NCBI GenBank assembly: GCA_018655015.1
Contig: JABIKK010000008.1
Coordinates: 8,791-72,790, forward strand
Source: Candidatus Woesearchaeota archaeon
GTDB lineage: Archaea > Nanobdellota > Nanobdellia > SCGC-AAA011-G17 > UBA489
Length of the DNA: 64,000 nucleotides
Direction of reading: 5' to 3'
A program made the translations under genes and the position numbers. This document shows, one piece after another, positions 29,262 to 39,500 of this stretch. Under the pieces are notes generated by a model. That model searched no databases. It was not told where the DNA came from and saw only the letters and a program-made list of their open reading frames with translations. The stretch's first letter is position 1, and every line of letters begins with the position of its first letter.

Positions 29262-29844
29262 AATGGGATATAAATTACCTGAACTAAATTATGGCTATGA
29301 TGCTTTGGAACCATACTATGATGAGGGAACATTAGAATTACATCATACAAAACATCATGCGGGATATGTTGCTGGTTTGAATAATGCTGTTGCTAAGCTA
29401 AAAGAAGCTAGGGAGAATGGAGATTATTCTTTAGTTAAGCATTGGGAAAAAGAATTAGCATTTCATGGTGCGGGACATTACTTACATAGTTTGTTCTGGG
29501 AAAATCTAAGAGTTGGATCTGAGGACAATAAATCAACCGGTGCTGTTTTTGAAGCTATTGAAGATACCTTTGGTAGTTTTGATAAATTTAAGGAAGAGTT
29601 TTCCAAAGTAACTTTAGCTGTTGAAGGTTCTGGCTGGGGAGTTTTAGCTAGAGGTCCTGAAGGAGATTTGAAGATCTTTTCAGTTGAGAATCATCAAAAG
29701 GTTTTCATTCCGGGATATAAAATACTTTTAGTTTGTGATGTATGGGAACATGCTTATTACTTGAAGTATCAAAATAGAAGGGCCGAATGGATTGAGAACT
29801 TCTTTAAGATAGTTAATTGGGAAGAAGTTGAAAAGAGGTTTTAA
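29248..29844 (+). CDS. sodA: Fe/Mn superoxide dismutase
   Basis: HHTKHH and DVWEHAYY metal-ligand motifs. Start overlaps the Prx end. Confidence 0.9.
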   Translation: MVKYKMGYKLPELNYGYDALEPYYDEGTLELHHTKHHAGYVAGLNNAVAKLKEARENGDYSLVKHWEKELAFHGAGHYLHSLFWENLRVGSEDNKSTGAVFEAIEDTFGSFDKFKEEFSKVTLAVEGSGWGVLARGPEGDLKIFSVENHQKVFIPGYKILLVCDVWEHAYYLKYQNRRAEWIENFFKIVNWEEVEKRF

Positions 29845-29861
29845 TAACCTCAACTCTTATT

Positions 29862-30074
29862 TTAAGCTAATTCTTTTGTCCAATAATGTGTGATCCATAG
29901 TATGAATAATCCAATTATAATTGATACCCAAGAACTTAGTTCATAGTTATCCGGGATGAGGTAAACATCCATTATCCCCCATGCGCCTCTCCAAAAAGCA
30001 ACTACTGCGAATCCAATCATTAAGGTAAATACTGCTTGATTGAATGGTTTTAATTTTTTTACTCTGTGGAACAT
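29862..30074 (-). CDS. small 2-TM membrane protein
   Basis: ORF only. Hydrophobic. Confidence 0.35.
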   Translation of the reverse strand: MFHRVKKLKPFNQAVFTLMIGFAVVAFWRGAWGIMDVYLIPDNYELSSWVSIIIGLFILWITHYWTKELA

Positions 30075-30167
30075 GCTTTAATGAATTATTGAATATTAAT
30101 AAACCTAACTGAATTTTTCTCAAGATTGAAATAAACACAGAACATTTAAATAAGTTCTAAATAGGTT

Positions 30168-31709
30168 TTGTTTATGTCTGAAGTGCCTAAGGAAATAAAG
30201 AAGATTTCTGATTTTGAGTGGGAGTTGCCTACAAGTTACAAGAAAGGAATGAATGTTCCGGCTAGAATTATTGCTAATGAATCTCTTTTGAAAGGGATGG
30301 ATAAGGGCGTTTTTGATCAAGTAACTAATATTGCTTGTTTACCTGGAATTCAGAAAAATGCTTTTTGTATGCCCGACGGTCATTGGGGTTATGGTTTCCC
30401 AATTGGCGGTGTTGCGGCGTTTGATGTTAATGAAGGAATAATTAGTCCTGGGGGAATTGGATTTGATATTAATTGTGGGATGAGATTAATTACAACTAAT
30501 TTAAGTTACAAAGAAGTTAAACCTCAGTTAAAGAAATTAGTCGATCATTTGTTCTTAACTGTCCCTTCTGGTGTTGGTTGTAAAGGTTTTTTGAAATTAA
30601 ATAATCAACAGTTTGATGACATCATGTTGGGCGGTGTTAAATGGTGCGTTGAAAATGGTTATGGTGTTGAAAGTGATATGTGGAACACTGAAGGTTATGG
30701 TTGTATTGAACAAGCGGATGTTGAAAAAGTTTCAGATAGAGCTAGAAAAAGAGGAATTAGTCAATTAGGGACATTAGGTTCTGGAAATCATTATTTAGAA
30801 ATACAACTAGCTAAGTCTGTAAATGTTTTTGATTCGGATGTTGCAAAAAAGTTTGGAATTATTGGGGATGATCAAGTTGTTATTATGGTTCATTGTGGAT
30901 CAAGAGGATTTGGACACCAGGTGGCTACAGATTATTTGAAAGTTTTTGATAAATCAATGGATAAGTTTGGGATAAAAATTAATGATAGGGAATTAGCTTG
31001 TGCCCCTTTTAATTCGGATGAAGGGCAGGATTACTACAAGGCAATGGCTTGCGCCTCAAATATGGCCTTTGCTAATAGACAAGTGATAACTCATAGGATT
31101 AGAGAAGCTTTTTCTAAAGTATTTAGTAAGAGTCAGGAACAGATGGATATGAATTTAGTCTATGATGTTGCGCATAATATTGCTAAAGTTGAAGAACATA
31201 AGATTGAGGGTAAGATGAAGAAAGTTGTTGTGCATAGAAAGGGTGCAACAAGAGCATTTCCTCCCAAACATAAAGAATTATGTCCTAAGTATAGGCCTGT
31301 TGGTCAACCAGTAATTTTGGGCGGAAGTATGGAGACTGGATCTCATTTGTTAGTTGGAACTCAAAAGGCAATGGATGTTACTTTTGGAAGTACAGCTCAT
31401 GGTTCTGGTAGAACAATGTCGAGAACTAAGGCTAAGAAAGAGTTTCAAGGAAAAGAATTACAAGAAAGAATGATGAAGAAAGGAATTTATGTTAGATCTT
31501 CAAGCATGCAAGGTTTGGCAGAAGAAGCTGGAAAGGCGTATAAAAATATTAATTCTGTCGTAGATGTTTTGAATGAGTATGGGATTGCAAAGAAAGTTGT
31601 TGGTTTTAACCCAATAGGGAATGTTAAAGGCCATGCAAGTTTATCCTACTTAAGTTTATTGCCTTTTTTTGCATTACTGTTTGTTTTATTAATGAACTTA
31701 GTTGTTTGA
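30168..31709 (+). CDS. rtcB: RtcB RNA 3'-phosphate ligase (tRNA-splicing ligase) with a ~25-aa hydrophobic C-terminal extension
   Basis: GHWGYGFPIGGV, NHY and HCGSRGFGHQV motifs. Likely true start is the ATG at 30174. The canonical C-terminus ...PIGNVKG ends at 31631, and the ORF runs on into the 3' end of the convergent homing-endonuclease gene. Confidence 0.9.
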   Translation: MFMSEVPKEIKKISDFEWELPTSYKKGMNVPARIIANESLLKGMDKGVFDQVTNIACLPGIQKNAFCMPDGHWGYGFPIGGVAAFDVNEGIISPGGIGFDINCGMRLITTNLSYKEVKPQLKKLVDHLFLTVPSGVGCKGFLKLNNQQFDDIMLGGVKWCVENGYGVESDMWNTEGYGCIEQADVEKVSDRARKRGISQLGTLGSGNHYLEIQLAKSVNVFDSDVAKKFGIIGDDQVVIMVHCGSRGFGHQVATDYLKVFDKSMDKFGIKINDRELACAPFNSDEGQDYYKAMACASNMAFANRQVITHRIREAFSKVFSKSQEQMDMNLVYDVAHNIAKVEEHKIEGKMKKVVVHRKGATRAFPPKHKELCPKYRPVGQPVILGGSMETGSHLLVGTQKAMDVTFGSTAHGSGRTMSRTKAKKEFQGKELQERMMKKGIYVRSSSMQGLAEEAGKAYKNINSVVDVLNEYGIAKKVVGFNPIGNVKGHASLSYLSLLPFFALLFVLLMNLVV

Positions 31710-32547
31710 CCGGTTTTTCAATGTCTTTGTATTTTACTTTTTTTGATTTGTTTATTTTATAAATAAGATTTACTTTTGCTATTTTTTCTTTGTGTCTAAT
31801 TGGTAAGATATTTAGAAGTTTGAGAACTTCGTTTTTTCTACAAATTTCAATGACATAATAATCCTTGTTGTATCGGAATATTTTCCCATTATGCGTACTT
31901 GTGTCTCCTTTTGAGTGATTTTTATGCATCGAAACGAAATATCCATTATCTTGTAAAATTTCTTTTATTTTGATTAATCTTTCAAGTTTTTGACTGAAAA
32001 GTCTAACTACAAACTGAAAATATTCTCCTGTTTTTCTCACCAAAATACTTCCATCTGCATCAATGTAACCCGCTAAAAAATGGAAGAAATTTTCTTTATC
32101 TATCCAATTTGGGATTCTATTTTCCTTTGAATTTATGAGGAAATTGAAGCTCTCTAAACAAATGTGTGACTGGAATCTATATTGTTCCTCTTTTTTCGTT
32201 AACTTGTAATTTGTTATGCCATATTCTTTGAACGATTTAAGTAAAAGGTCTCCAAATAAGGGATGTGTTGTGTGAGTAATTAATTTTAAAGTGTAGTTTG
32301 ATTTTTTTACAGGCGTTAAATCGCCCATCACTAGTCCAAACAGGTAAGCCTTTTCTTTAGATTCCACATTAAATTTCTTTTTTTCTTTAATGTGTCCCAT
32401 TGAGATGAGAGAATCTCTACTATTCCTGATTTTTATATTATTTTTTCCTAATGTTTTTCTTACAGTACTTCTATTTATTTCTAGATTCCTAGATATTTCT
32501 CTTATAGGCCTATTGTGGGCATATAACTTTATGATTGTTGATTCCAC
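31624..32547 (-). mobile_element. free-standing double-motif LAGLIDADG homing endonuclease gene
   Basis: N-terminal HTH-like region, motif 1 YLFGLVMGDL, motif 2 FLAGYIDADGSILV. It is antisense to its rtcB/archease neighbours, so it is not an in-frame intein. Confidence 0.75.
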
Positions 32548-32672
32548 ATATTGGTCTAGATAATAATGTTTATAATCCTCGACTGATTAGTTGGTAGGTA
32601 CGATAAATGCCAAAAATAAAGTCTCGTCGTAATCCTAAAATAGTTAAAAAGAAGAATATTGGGTTAATAATT

Positions 32673-33095
32673 ATGAGATCACATAAGTTTTTAGAGGATG
32701 TTGCTATTGCTGATGTTGCATTTGAAGCTAAAGGGGGTAATTTGAATGAAGTTTTTGAAGCATGTGGCGATGCTACCTTTGAGACCATTGCTGATTTGAA
32801 GACTATCGGAGATATTGAAACTTACAATTACGCTGCTGAGAGCGAAAATATTGAAGACTTACTTTATGAATTTTTAGAGGAAATAGTTTACCTTAAGGAT
32901 ACTGAATCTTTGATTTTTAAGAAATGTGAGGTGAAAATCTCTGGAGATTATAATATTAAGGCTAAATTTATTGGGGAAAAAATAGATCGAGAAAAACAAA
33001 CATTGAATACTGATGTGAAGGCAGTTACAATGCATATGTTTAGTTTAAAGAAGGAAAATGATGAATATATGGCCACAGTGGTACTTGATATTTAA
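32673..33095 (+). CDS. archease (RtcB activator)
   Basis: From the internal Met: MRSHKFLEDVAIADVAFEAKGGNLNEVFEA ... ATVVLDI matches the archease family (YxEHTADxxxxxxG...LEELF...V.DI). The ORF-track start at 32607 is probably too long. Confidence 0.85.
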   Translation: MRSHKFLEDVAIADVAFEAKGGNLNEVFEACGDATFETIADLKTIGDIETYNYAAESENIEDLLYEFLEEIVYLKDTESLIFKKCEVKISGDYNIKAKFIGEKIDREKQTLNTDVKAVTMHMFSLKKENDEYMATVVLDI

Positions 33096-33180
33096 CTATG
33101 TGGGCTTTAGCAACGAAATGCTTAAAAATATCTAGCCTAGTTTTAGTATGTAATAATATGTTAAAAGGGATGGTTAATTA

Positions 33181-33954
33181 ATGGCGGCAAAAAAAGCTAG
33201 GAAAAGAGCAAAAACAACAAAAAAGAGTCGAGCTAAGCCGAGGAATTCTAAGGCGACTAAAGCTAAAAAGACTGCGAAGGTTGCTAAGAAAACTCCTAAA
33301 GTTGAAAAGAAGAAAGAGGGTTTAGTTGTTAAATTTATTAGAAATTTTGTTAGGCGAATGATTGATAGCATGTTTGCTAAAAAGAAAAATATTAAACTAG
33401 GAATTTATGGGCCTCCTAATGCTGGTAAAACAACTTTAGCAAATCAAATTTGTAAAGACTGGCTTGGGGAGAGAATGGGTTCTGTTTCTAAAATTCCACA
33501 TGAAACTAGAAATGTTCAGGTTAAGGAACAAGTTACAATAAAATACAATGATAAGGAAATGGCCTTTAACATTGTTGATACTCCTGGAATTGCAACTAAG
33601 ATTGATTATGAAGATTTTATGTCTTACAAGATGAAAAGTAAACAAGCTAAAGATAGGGCTAAAGAAGCAACGAAGGGTGTTATTGAAGCAATAAAGTGGT
33701 TGGATGAAGTGGATGTGTGTTTAGTGGTATTAGATTCAACTGAAAATCCTTATTCACAAGTTAATGTAACTATAATAGGTAATCTTGCAGCAAGAGATAT
33801 TCCTGTTCTGATTGTTGCGAATAAAATTGATTTAAGGAAGGCAAATATTAGAAGAGTTGAAAATGCATTTCCACAATATGATGTTGTGGGTGTAAGTGCA
33901 GAAAAGGGAAAGAATATGGAGGAGTTTTATGAATCATTATTCAGGCTCATTTAA
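33181..33954 (+). CDS. small GTPase with a Lys-rich N-terminal tail
   Basis: G1 GPPNAGKTT, G3 DTPG, G4 NKID, G5 SAEKG. The first 45 aa are K/A-rich basic (AKKARKRAKTTKK...). Confidence 0.75.
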   Translation: MAAKKARKRAKTTKKSRAKPRNSKATKAKKTAKVAKKTPKVEKKKEGLVVKFIRNFVRRMIDSMFAKKKNIKLGIYGPPNAGKTTLANQICKDWLGERMGSVSKIPHETRNVQVKEQVTIKYNDKEMAFNIVDTPGIATKIDYEDFMSYKMKSKQAKDRAKEATKGVIEAIKWLDEVDVCLVVLDSTENPYSQVNVTIIGNLAARDIPVLIVANKIDLRKANIRRVENAFPQYDVVGVSAEKGKNMEEFYESLFRLI

Positions 33955-33967
33955 AGAGGTGATTTAG

Positions 33968-34450
33968 GTGTTAACGTTACAGTTTGTTCCGTATGGGGAG
34001 ATTGAGAATCTTTCTTCAAAAAATAGAATAGAAAAATTATTGGATATTGTTAAGCAAGATAAGATAGTTCTACTACAAGGTAGATTGAAACCTGAAGAAG
34101 AGACTATGTTGATCATGGAGACTATGGCTCAAATAAACAAGAAGTTTAGAGGTGTAGAGATTTGTACAATCTATCCTGAAGAGAATAATTTACAATTTTT
34201 TAATAAGATAAAAAAAGAAATGGTTAAGTTCTTGATTGGAAATAGGGATGGAGTTACTATAATCGGTCCATCTACTGTTGTTAAAGAAGTTAGAAGGAAT
34301 CCTAATAAGATTGAGTTGTTTACCTTGCCAGGTATGAAGGGTTTGAAGTCAAAATCTATTGCAAGAAGGAAAACAACTAAGAAAAAAATAGCATCTAGAA
34401 AGAGAACTACTAGGACAGTGAAGAGAACTGTTAAAAGGAGACGTAGATAA
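33968..34450 (+). CDS. conserved hypothetical protein with an Arg/Lys-rich C-terminal tail, likely co-operonic with the GTPase
   Basis: 4-nt intergenic gaps to both neighbours. Globular 120-aa domain plus tail KSKSIARRKTTKKKIASRKRTTRTVKRTVKRRRR. Confidence 0.5.
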   Translation: MLTLQFVPYGEIENLSSKNRIEKLLDIVKQDKIVLLQGRLKPEEETMLIMETMAQINKKFRGVEICTIYPEENNLQFFNKIKKEMVKFLIGNRDGVTIIGPSTVVKEVRRNPNKIELFTLPGMKGLKSKSIARRKTTKKKIASRKRTTRTVKRTVKRRRR

Positions 34451-34833
34451 TGCCTCACCAATGTGTAAGATGTTCTAAGATGTATGAAGATGGTTCTAAA
34501 GAAATTCTTACTGGTTGCTCTTGTGGTGGAAAATTCTTTTTCTTCATGAAAGAAAAATCTGTTGAAGATGCCAAAAAGATTACTACTCAATTAAGTACTG
34601 TTGACAAAGTTCAAATGGAAAAAGATGCCATGGAACTTGTTGGTGAAAAGAGCGATAATGAAAGTAAAAAAGATTTACCTGTTGTTTTAGACTTAGAATC
34701 AATTCGTGTTTTGAAGCCAGGACATTTTGAGATAGATTTAGTTGATTTGTTTAAGGGCGAACCTTTGGTCTATAAGTTATCTGATGGGAAGTATATTATT
34801 GATATTGCCTCTACATTCAAGAAAGAAGAATGA
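34450..34833 (+). CDS. zinc-ribbon protein (CxxC...CxCG), third gene of the GTPase cluster
   Basis: MPHQCVRCSKMYEDGSKEILTGCSCGG at the N-terminus. Start overlaps the previous stop. Confidence 0.5.
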   Translation: MPHQCVRCSKMYEDGSKEILTGCSCGGKFFFFMKEKSVEDAKKITTQLSTVDKVQMEKDAMELVGEKSDNESKKDLPVVLDLESIRVLKPGHFEIDLVDLFKGEPLVYKLSDGKYIIDIASTFKKEE

Positions 34834-34838
34834 TTGTA

Positions 34839-34912
34839 TGGGGACACCAGGATTTGAACCTGGATACGCCGCTCTGGAGGCGGCAACACTAACCGGGTTA
34901 TGCTATGTCCCC
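34839..34912 (-). tRNA. tRNA-Trp (anticodon CCA)
   Basis: Reverse complement GGGGACATAGCAT...GCCGC-CTCCAGA-GCGGC...CCAGGTTCAAATCCTGGTGTCCCCA. 7-bp acceptor stem, T-loop TTCAAAT, anticodon loop with CCA. 74 nt. Confidence 0.85.
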
Positions 34913-34936
34913 TTGGAGATGATGTGTAACAATTTG

Positions 34937-34944
34937 ATTTAAAA
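34937..34944 (-). promoter_or_regulatory. putative TATA box (TTTTAAAT) about 27-34 nt upstream of tRNA-Trp
   Basis: AT-rich octamer at the expected archaeal TATA distance from the mature tRNA 5' end. Confidence 0.35.
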
Positions 34945-35136
34945 GCTTTCTTGATTTTAGAATTTTGAAGGTCTTTGAATATGGTAAATAGAGGCTCTGT
35001 AATATATTATTATTAGAGAGTGATGAAATATATATTTACCATCGAAAGGTTTATATAGCATTCTTAACCGACCAATAGTAACAGTACTACTCGCGTAGAT
35101 ACTGACATTACGATCCTTTAGGGGGGTTAACTAAAG

Positions 35137-36453
35137 ATGAAAATGACAAGACACATAAAGAATATAGCCTTCTTTGTTTTAGCTTTGGTGGCATTAATAG
35201 GTACTGCTGTATCTGTTAGCGCAACTCCAGATTATCAGATAATTTCAGTTGAAGTTAATGATCTAAACATTGTAGGTAGTACCCTTGACGTTGAGAGGGG
35301 CGAAAGATTGGATATTGAAGTTAGGATAGAAGCAGGAAATACTTCTACCGAAGACGTTCAAGCATCCGGTTGGATAAATGGTTATGAGTTTGGAAGAATT
35401 TTTGATTCAACTGAACTATTTGACATGGACTCAGGTAAGACTTATTTGAAGACTCTAACATTGTATGTTCCAGAAGATATAGAAGCTTCTGAAGATTATA
35501 CTTTGAGAATTGAGGTTTCTGATAGACAAGATCAAGTTGAAGAAACTTTTGATTTGTTTATTGATGAGCAGAGACATGGTTTAGCGATCTTTGACGTTCT
35601 TTTGAACCCAAGTAGCACAATTGCTGCAGGAAACACATTGTTTACTACAGTTAGATTGGAAAATCTTGGATCTAAGGAAGAGAATGACATTAAAGTGACT
35701 GTATCCATTCCAGCATTAGGTGTAAGCACTGTTAATTATCTTGACGAGCTTAATACTGAGGCGCAGGAAGAGGGTGAAGATCACCTAAGAAACGATAATA
35801 GTAAGCAGATAGATCAAATCATTAGGATTCCTATCGATGCTGTTACTGGAGTCTATGATGTACAAGTAGATATTGAGTACAACAGAGGAAACAGCTTCTT
35901 GAGTAAGACTTTGAGTCTTAATGTAGAAGGTGTTAACCAAGCTTCCGGAGCACAGACTGTTATTAATAGTGACTCTAGCTCAAAAGTAGTTAGTGTTGGT
36001 GAATCAGCTGAGTATAAGGTAATGATGGCAAACTTAGGTTTAGAGCCTGGAGTTTATTCCGTAACTGTTGATGGAGTATCAGCATGGGGAGAAGCTGTAG
36101 TGCAACCTAGTTTCTTGACTGTTATGCCTGATTCAACTGGTGAAGTTACAATTACTGTAACACCATACGATTCAGCAGAAGCTGCAAGTCACACATGGGT
36201 AGCTAAAGTTATGCTAGGAACTGACGTTCTAAGCGAGCTTGTGTTTACTACAAAAGTTGAAGCAGAGAATGTTGTTGAAAGGACTGACGATACAGTTAAG
36301 TCTATTTTGACTGCGATCTTCTTTATCTTGTTGATAGTATTGGTTATTTTGGCTATTGTTATTGCTTTTAGAAAAGTTAGAAGCGATGATGAGGACGACG
36401 AGGGTACAACCCTTGAAGGTCAAACTTATTACCAATATTACCCGAGAAACTAA
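35137..36453 (+). CDS. cell-surface protein: signal peptide, beta-sandwich (CARDB-like) domains, C-terminal TM anchor and acidic tail
   Basis: SP MKMTRHIKNIAFFVLALVALIGTAVSVSA. C-terminal ILTAIFFILLIVLVILAIVIAF plus DDEDDEG tail. Confidence 0.65.
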   Translation: MKMTRHIKNIAFFVLALVALIGTAVSVSATPDYQIISVEVNDLNIVGSTLDVERGERLDIEVRIEAGNTSTEDVQASGWINGYEFGRIFDSTELFDMDSGKTYLKTLTLYVPEDIEASEDYTLRIEVSDRQDQVEETFDLFIDEQRHGLAIFDVLLNPSSTIAAGNTLFTTVRLENLGSKEENDIKVTVSIPALGVSTVNYLDELNTEAQEEGEDHLRNDNSKQIDQIIRIPIDAVTGVYDVQVDIEYNRGNSFLSKTLSLNVEGVNQASGAQTVINSDSSSKVVSVGESAEYKVMMANLGLEPGVYSVTVDGVSAWGEAVVQPSFLTVMPDSTGEVTITVTPYDSAEAASHTWVAKVMLGTDVLSELVFTTKVEAENVVERTDDTVKSILTAIFFILLIVLVILAIVIAFRKVRSDDEDDEGTTLEGQTYYQYYPRN

Positions 36454-36565
36454 ATCTAAAGAGGTTAACCCCTCTTTTTTCTTTTTTCATTAACCATAAT
36501 ATTTATAATACTGTAGTGCAACCTTTTTCTATTAGATTTAATGATCTTCAAAAGGGGTAGATTAC

Positions 36566-39500
36566 TTGTATAAGAAGTATATTACAAAAAAAGGGAAGAA
36601 GGTAGGGCCTTATTATTATGATAGTATTAGATTGAAGAATGGTCGAGTTAAATCTGTTTATCTTGGTAGTGATGAGAAGAAAGCTAGACAGAAATTAAAA
36701 GTTTTAAAGAAAGAAAGTTCTAAGGCTGTTCATAAAAGAAGTAGTGCAACTCTTAAAAAATCTTTAAATCCTAGATCAAACGCCAAATTGATTGGCGATC
36801 ATAATGTTCATGTGAGGGATAGAGTTTTCTTATCTATTGTTTTAATTATGATGTTAGTTAGCTTTATGCATTTTGGAGGTATTATTGGTGGAGATTCTAG
36901 TGAAAGTATTAATGGTGGGTTTGTAAATGAGTTTAGGACTTTCTCTGATATGGCTCGCGAAGGTTTTTCAGAAAGTAATAAAATAACAGGAGAAGTTATT
37001 TTTTCAAATAGAAATGAAATTACTGGAGAATCTATTTTTTCTAAGTCTGTTGATCCCGAAGAACATTCTCATGATGTTTCTTTTTTGGTAAGTGAAAGCT
37101 CAGAGTATAGGTTAAATTTTGAGAATGTTGAAAAATTATTAAGTTTGAAGGTTTCAGGAAGAATTGCTTATTTTGAAGGGGGGATTGCTAAGGTTTTCTT
37201 ATCCGATGTTGACTCTGGGGATACCTATTTAGTTTATGATAGTGAATTATCTAAAGATGAAAATATTTTGGATGCTGTAGGTATAACTGGGAGTGTTGTG
37301 TTAGAGGAAAAGTTAGAGAAATCAAAGAGTTACAAAGATATTGTGTCTTCATTAACGGGGTTCAATGTTGTTGATTCTAAAGGCAAGTTTGTGAATTATG
37401 GGCTATCTAATGGGAGCAATGGTACCGCGATTATTGATTTAAGAAACAAAGATGTTTTTGAAATTGAGTATCCTAAAAAAGAGGGATGGATTGCTTATGA
37501 GGAATATTCTTCAAGAGGTTTAATTGAACCAACTAATATCTCTTTTGAAAGGGTGTTTGGGTTTGACTTTAGTGGATTGAACATTTCTAGGTTTAATGAA
37601 ACGAATACATCATTTAGTACTTCGCCAGAAGGCTCCTATCTTTATGGTTGTAGTTTTTGGGATTTTGAATTTGGAATTTGTTTATCTGATTGGGTTTTCT
37701 TTTTTGATTTAAACAAAACTAATAATTATACTGTTAGTTTGACTACTGAAGTAATGGCCTTTGCTGAAGGCATTTTAGATTTGGATGACGAGGAAGAGAA
37801 AAAACTTGAGGAAGTAGTTGAAGAAGTTGAAGAAAACAAAACAGACTTTTTGATTGATATTTTAGATGTTTTGAACATTACTAGTTATGGTATTGATTCT
37901 TTTGATTCTATTTGTGAAGGTACTTGTAAGATGAAGAATGTTTGGGGTAATAATTTTCTTTTGAAGGTTTATGTTAAGGATTCTATTTTAGATTTAGATT
38001 TAATCGAAACAGAATCTGAGGTTTTAGAGGGAGGAGTGTATTCTCTTTCCATCATTGATGGAATTGGAAGCATTTTATTGGGAGGAGGGGATGGTTCTGA
38101 ATTAGTGGGGGGTGTTGATGATCAAGTTGGAGGGATTACTGAATTCTTTGATAATGGTAATTTTACTGAAGAAGTAGTGCAATTTGGGGCTGTAATTGAT
38201 CAACCTGTTAAGTGGAAGAAAAAAATAATTTTAGATTCTGCAAAGAAAGATGTTGAATTTGAGATCCCTGATACTGCAGAAAATATCACTTTAAAGAAGA
38301 TTGTTAGTGGGAAAATATTGAATGTTATATCTGCAGGATTGGATGAGGGCAATGGTACTATTATCAACTTAACAGAGGGAAATAGTGGGTTTTCTGATAA
38401 TCTATTGAATTCTATGACAGGTAATGCGATAACTGGTATGGCTGTTGCGGAGACACCTTTGTTGGAGAATATTTCTTCAAAAGTCTTGAGTGTTAATGTG
38501 AGTAATAATACTGATACTATTTTTGTGGACGATTTAGTAAATACTGTGGAAGTTGAATATGAAACTCCAGGCCCAAGATTGGAAGTTCAAAATAAAACTA
38601 ATGGGTTTAGAGTTGTTTTAAAATCTGATATTGAGTATGTGAATATTTTTACATTCCTTGATATTCCAGAAACTCCTATGAATAAAGTAAGACTTTACCA
38701 AGTTACAGTGGATAATGTTACGGGGAGAGAATATAGGATTAAACATAATTATACTTTGTATGGGTCTAATAATACTGGATTGGCGAATTATATTGAATGG
38801 ATGATTCCTACTTCAGGAGATGATACTTTTGATATTCAAACTGAAATAAATGCAACGGCGGCAATTCATTTGGATGAGAACTATGTTTATATCAGTGATA
38901 TTTTTGATGAAGTACAATTTGAGGATGTTATATGGAGTGAGACAATCTATAGGGATGATTATGTAAGGGTTACTTTTGAAAAAAACTTAACGAATGGTAG
39001 GTTGATTGATGTGATTGCGAGAAGTAATGGTTCTTTATCTTATTTTGAAATTTATGAAGCTAATACGACTAATTTGGTGGGTAAATCTTCAGTTGTTGAT
39101 TATCCAGAAGTTCAATATATTGAAGTGAGTGGTTTGAGTAAACCTACAGATGTATTTGACTTTAAATTTATGAACTTGGTTAGTGATCCTGAAGACTATA
39201 AGGCTTGTGTCAAGTTGGGTTATTGGGTTTGTGACAGAAATCCGGAATCTTCAGAGAACTGTCATGCGGAGGTAGAAGAAGATTGTAATTCTCCAGTTTA
39301 TGATCTAAATAGAACTTCAACTATGGAGTTTGATTTTATTCACGACGATGTTATTAATTCTACACAGGCGGAAGGTATGATCGTATATATTCAATCAGAA
39401 AGTGCGACACCCAGATATAGATTTTGGAATGAATCTGATGATTTCGAGGCTGAACAAAGTGCTCTGGCTACGGGAAGTGATGGGACTGATGATATTGCAT

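Noticed and set aside
34742-34942. 66-aa plus-strand ORF
   Set aside because: Overlaps tRNA-Trp on the opposite strand. No coding features.
34960-35120. Possible C/D-box sRNA (UGAUGA ... CUGA) in the spacer after tRNA-Trp
   Set aside because: Boxes are about 85 nt apart, no clear C'/D' boxes or terminal stem. More likely an AT-rich promoter region for the surface locus.
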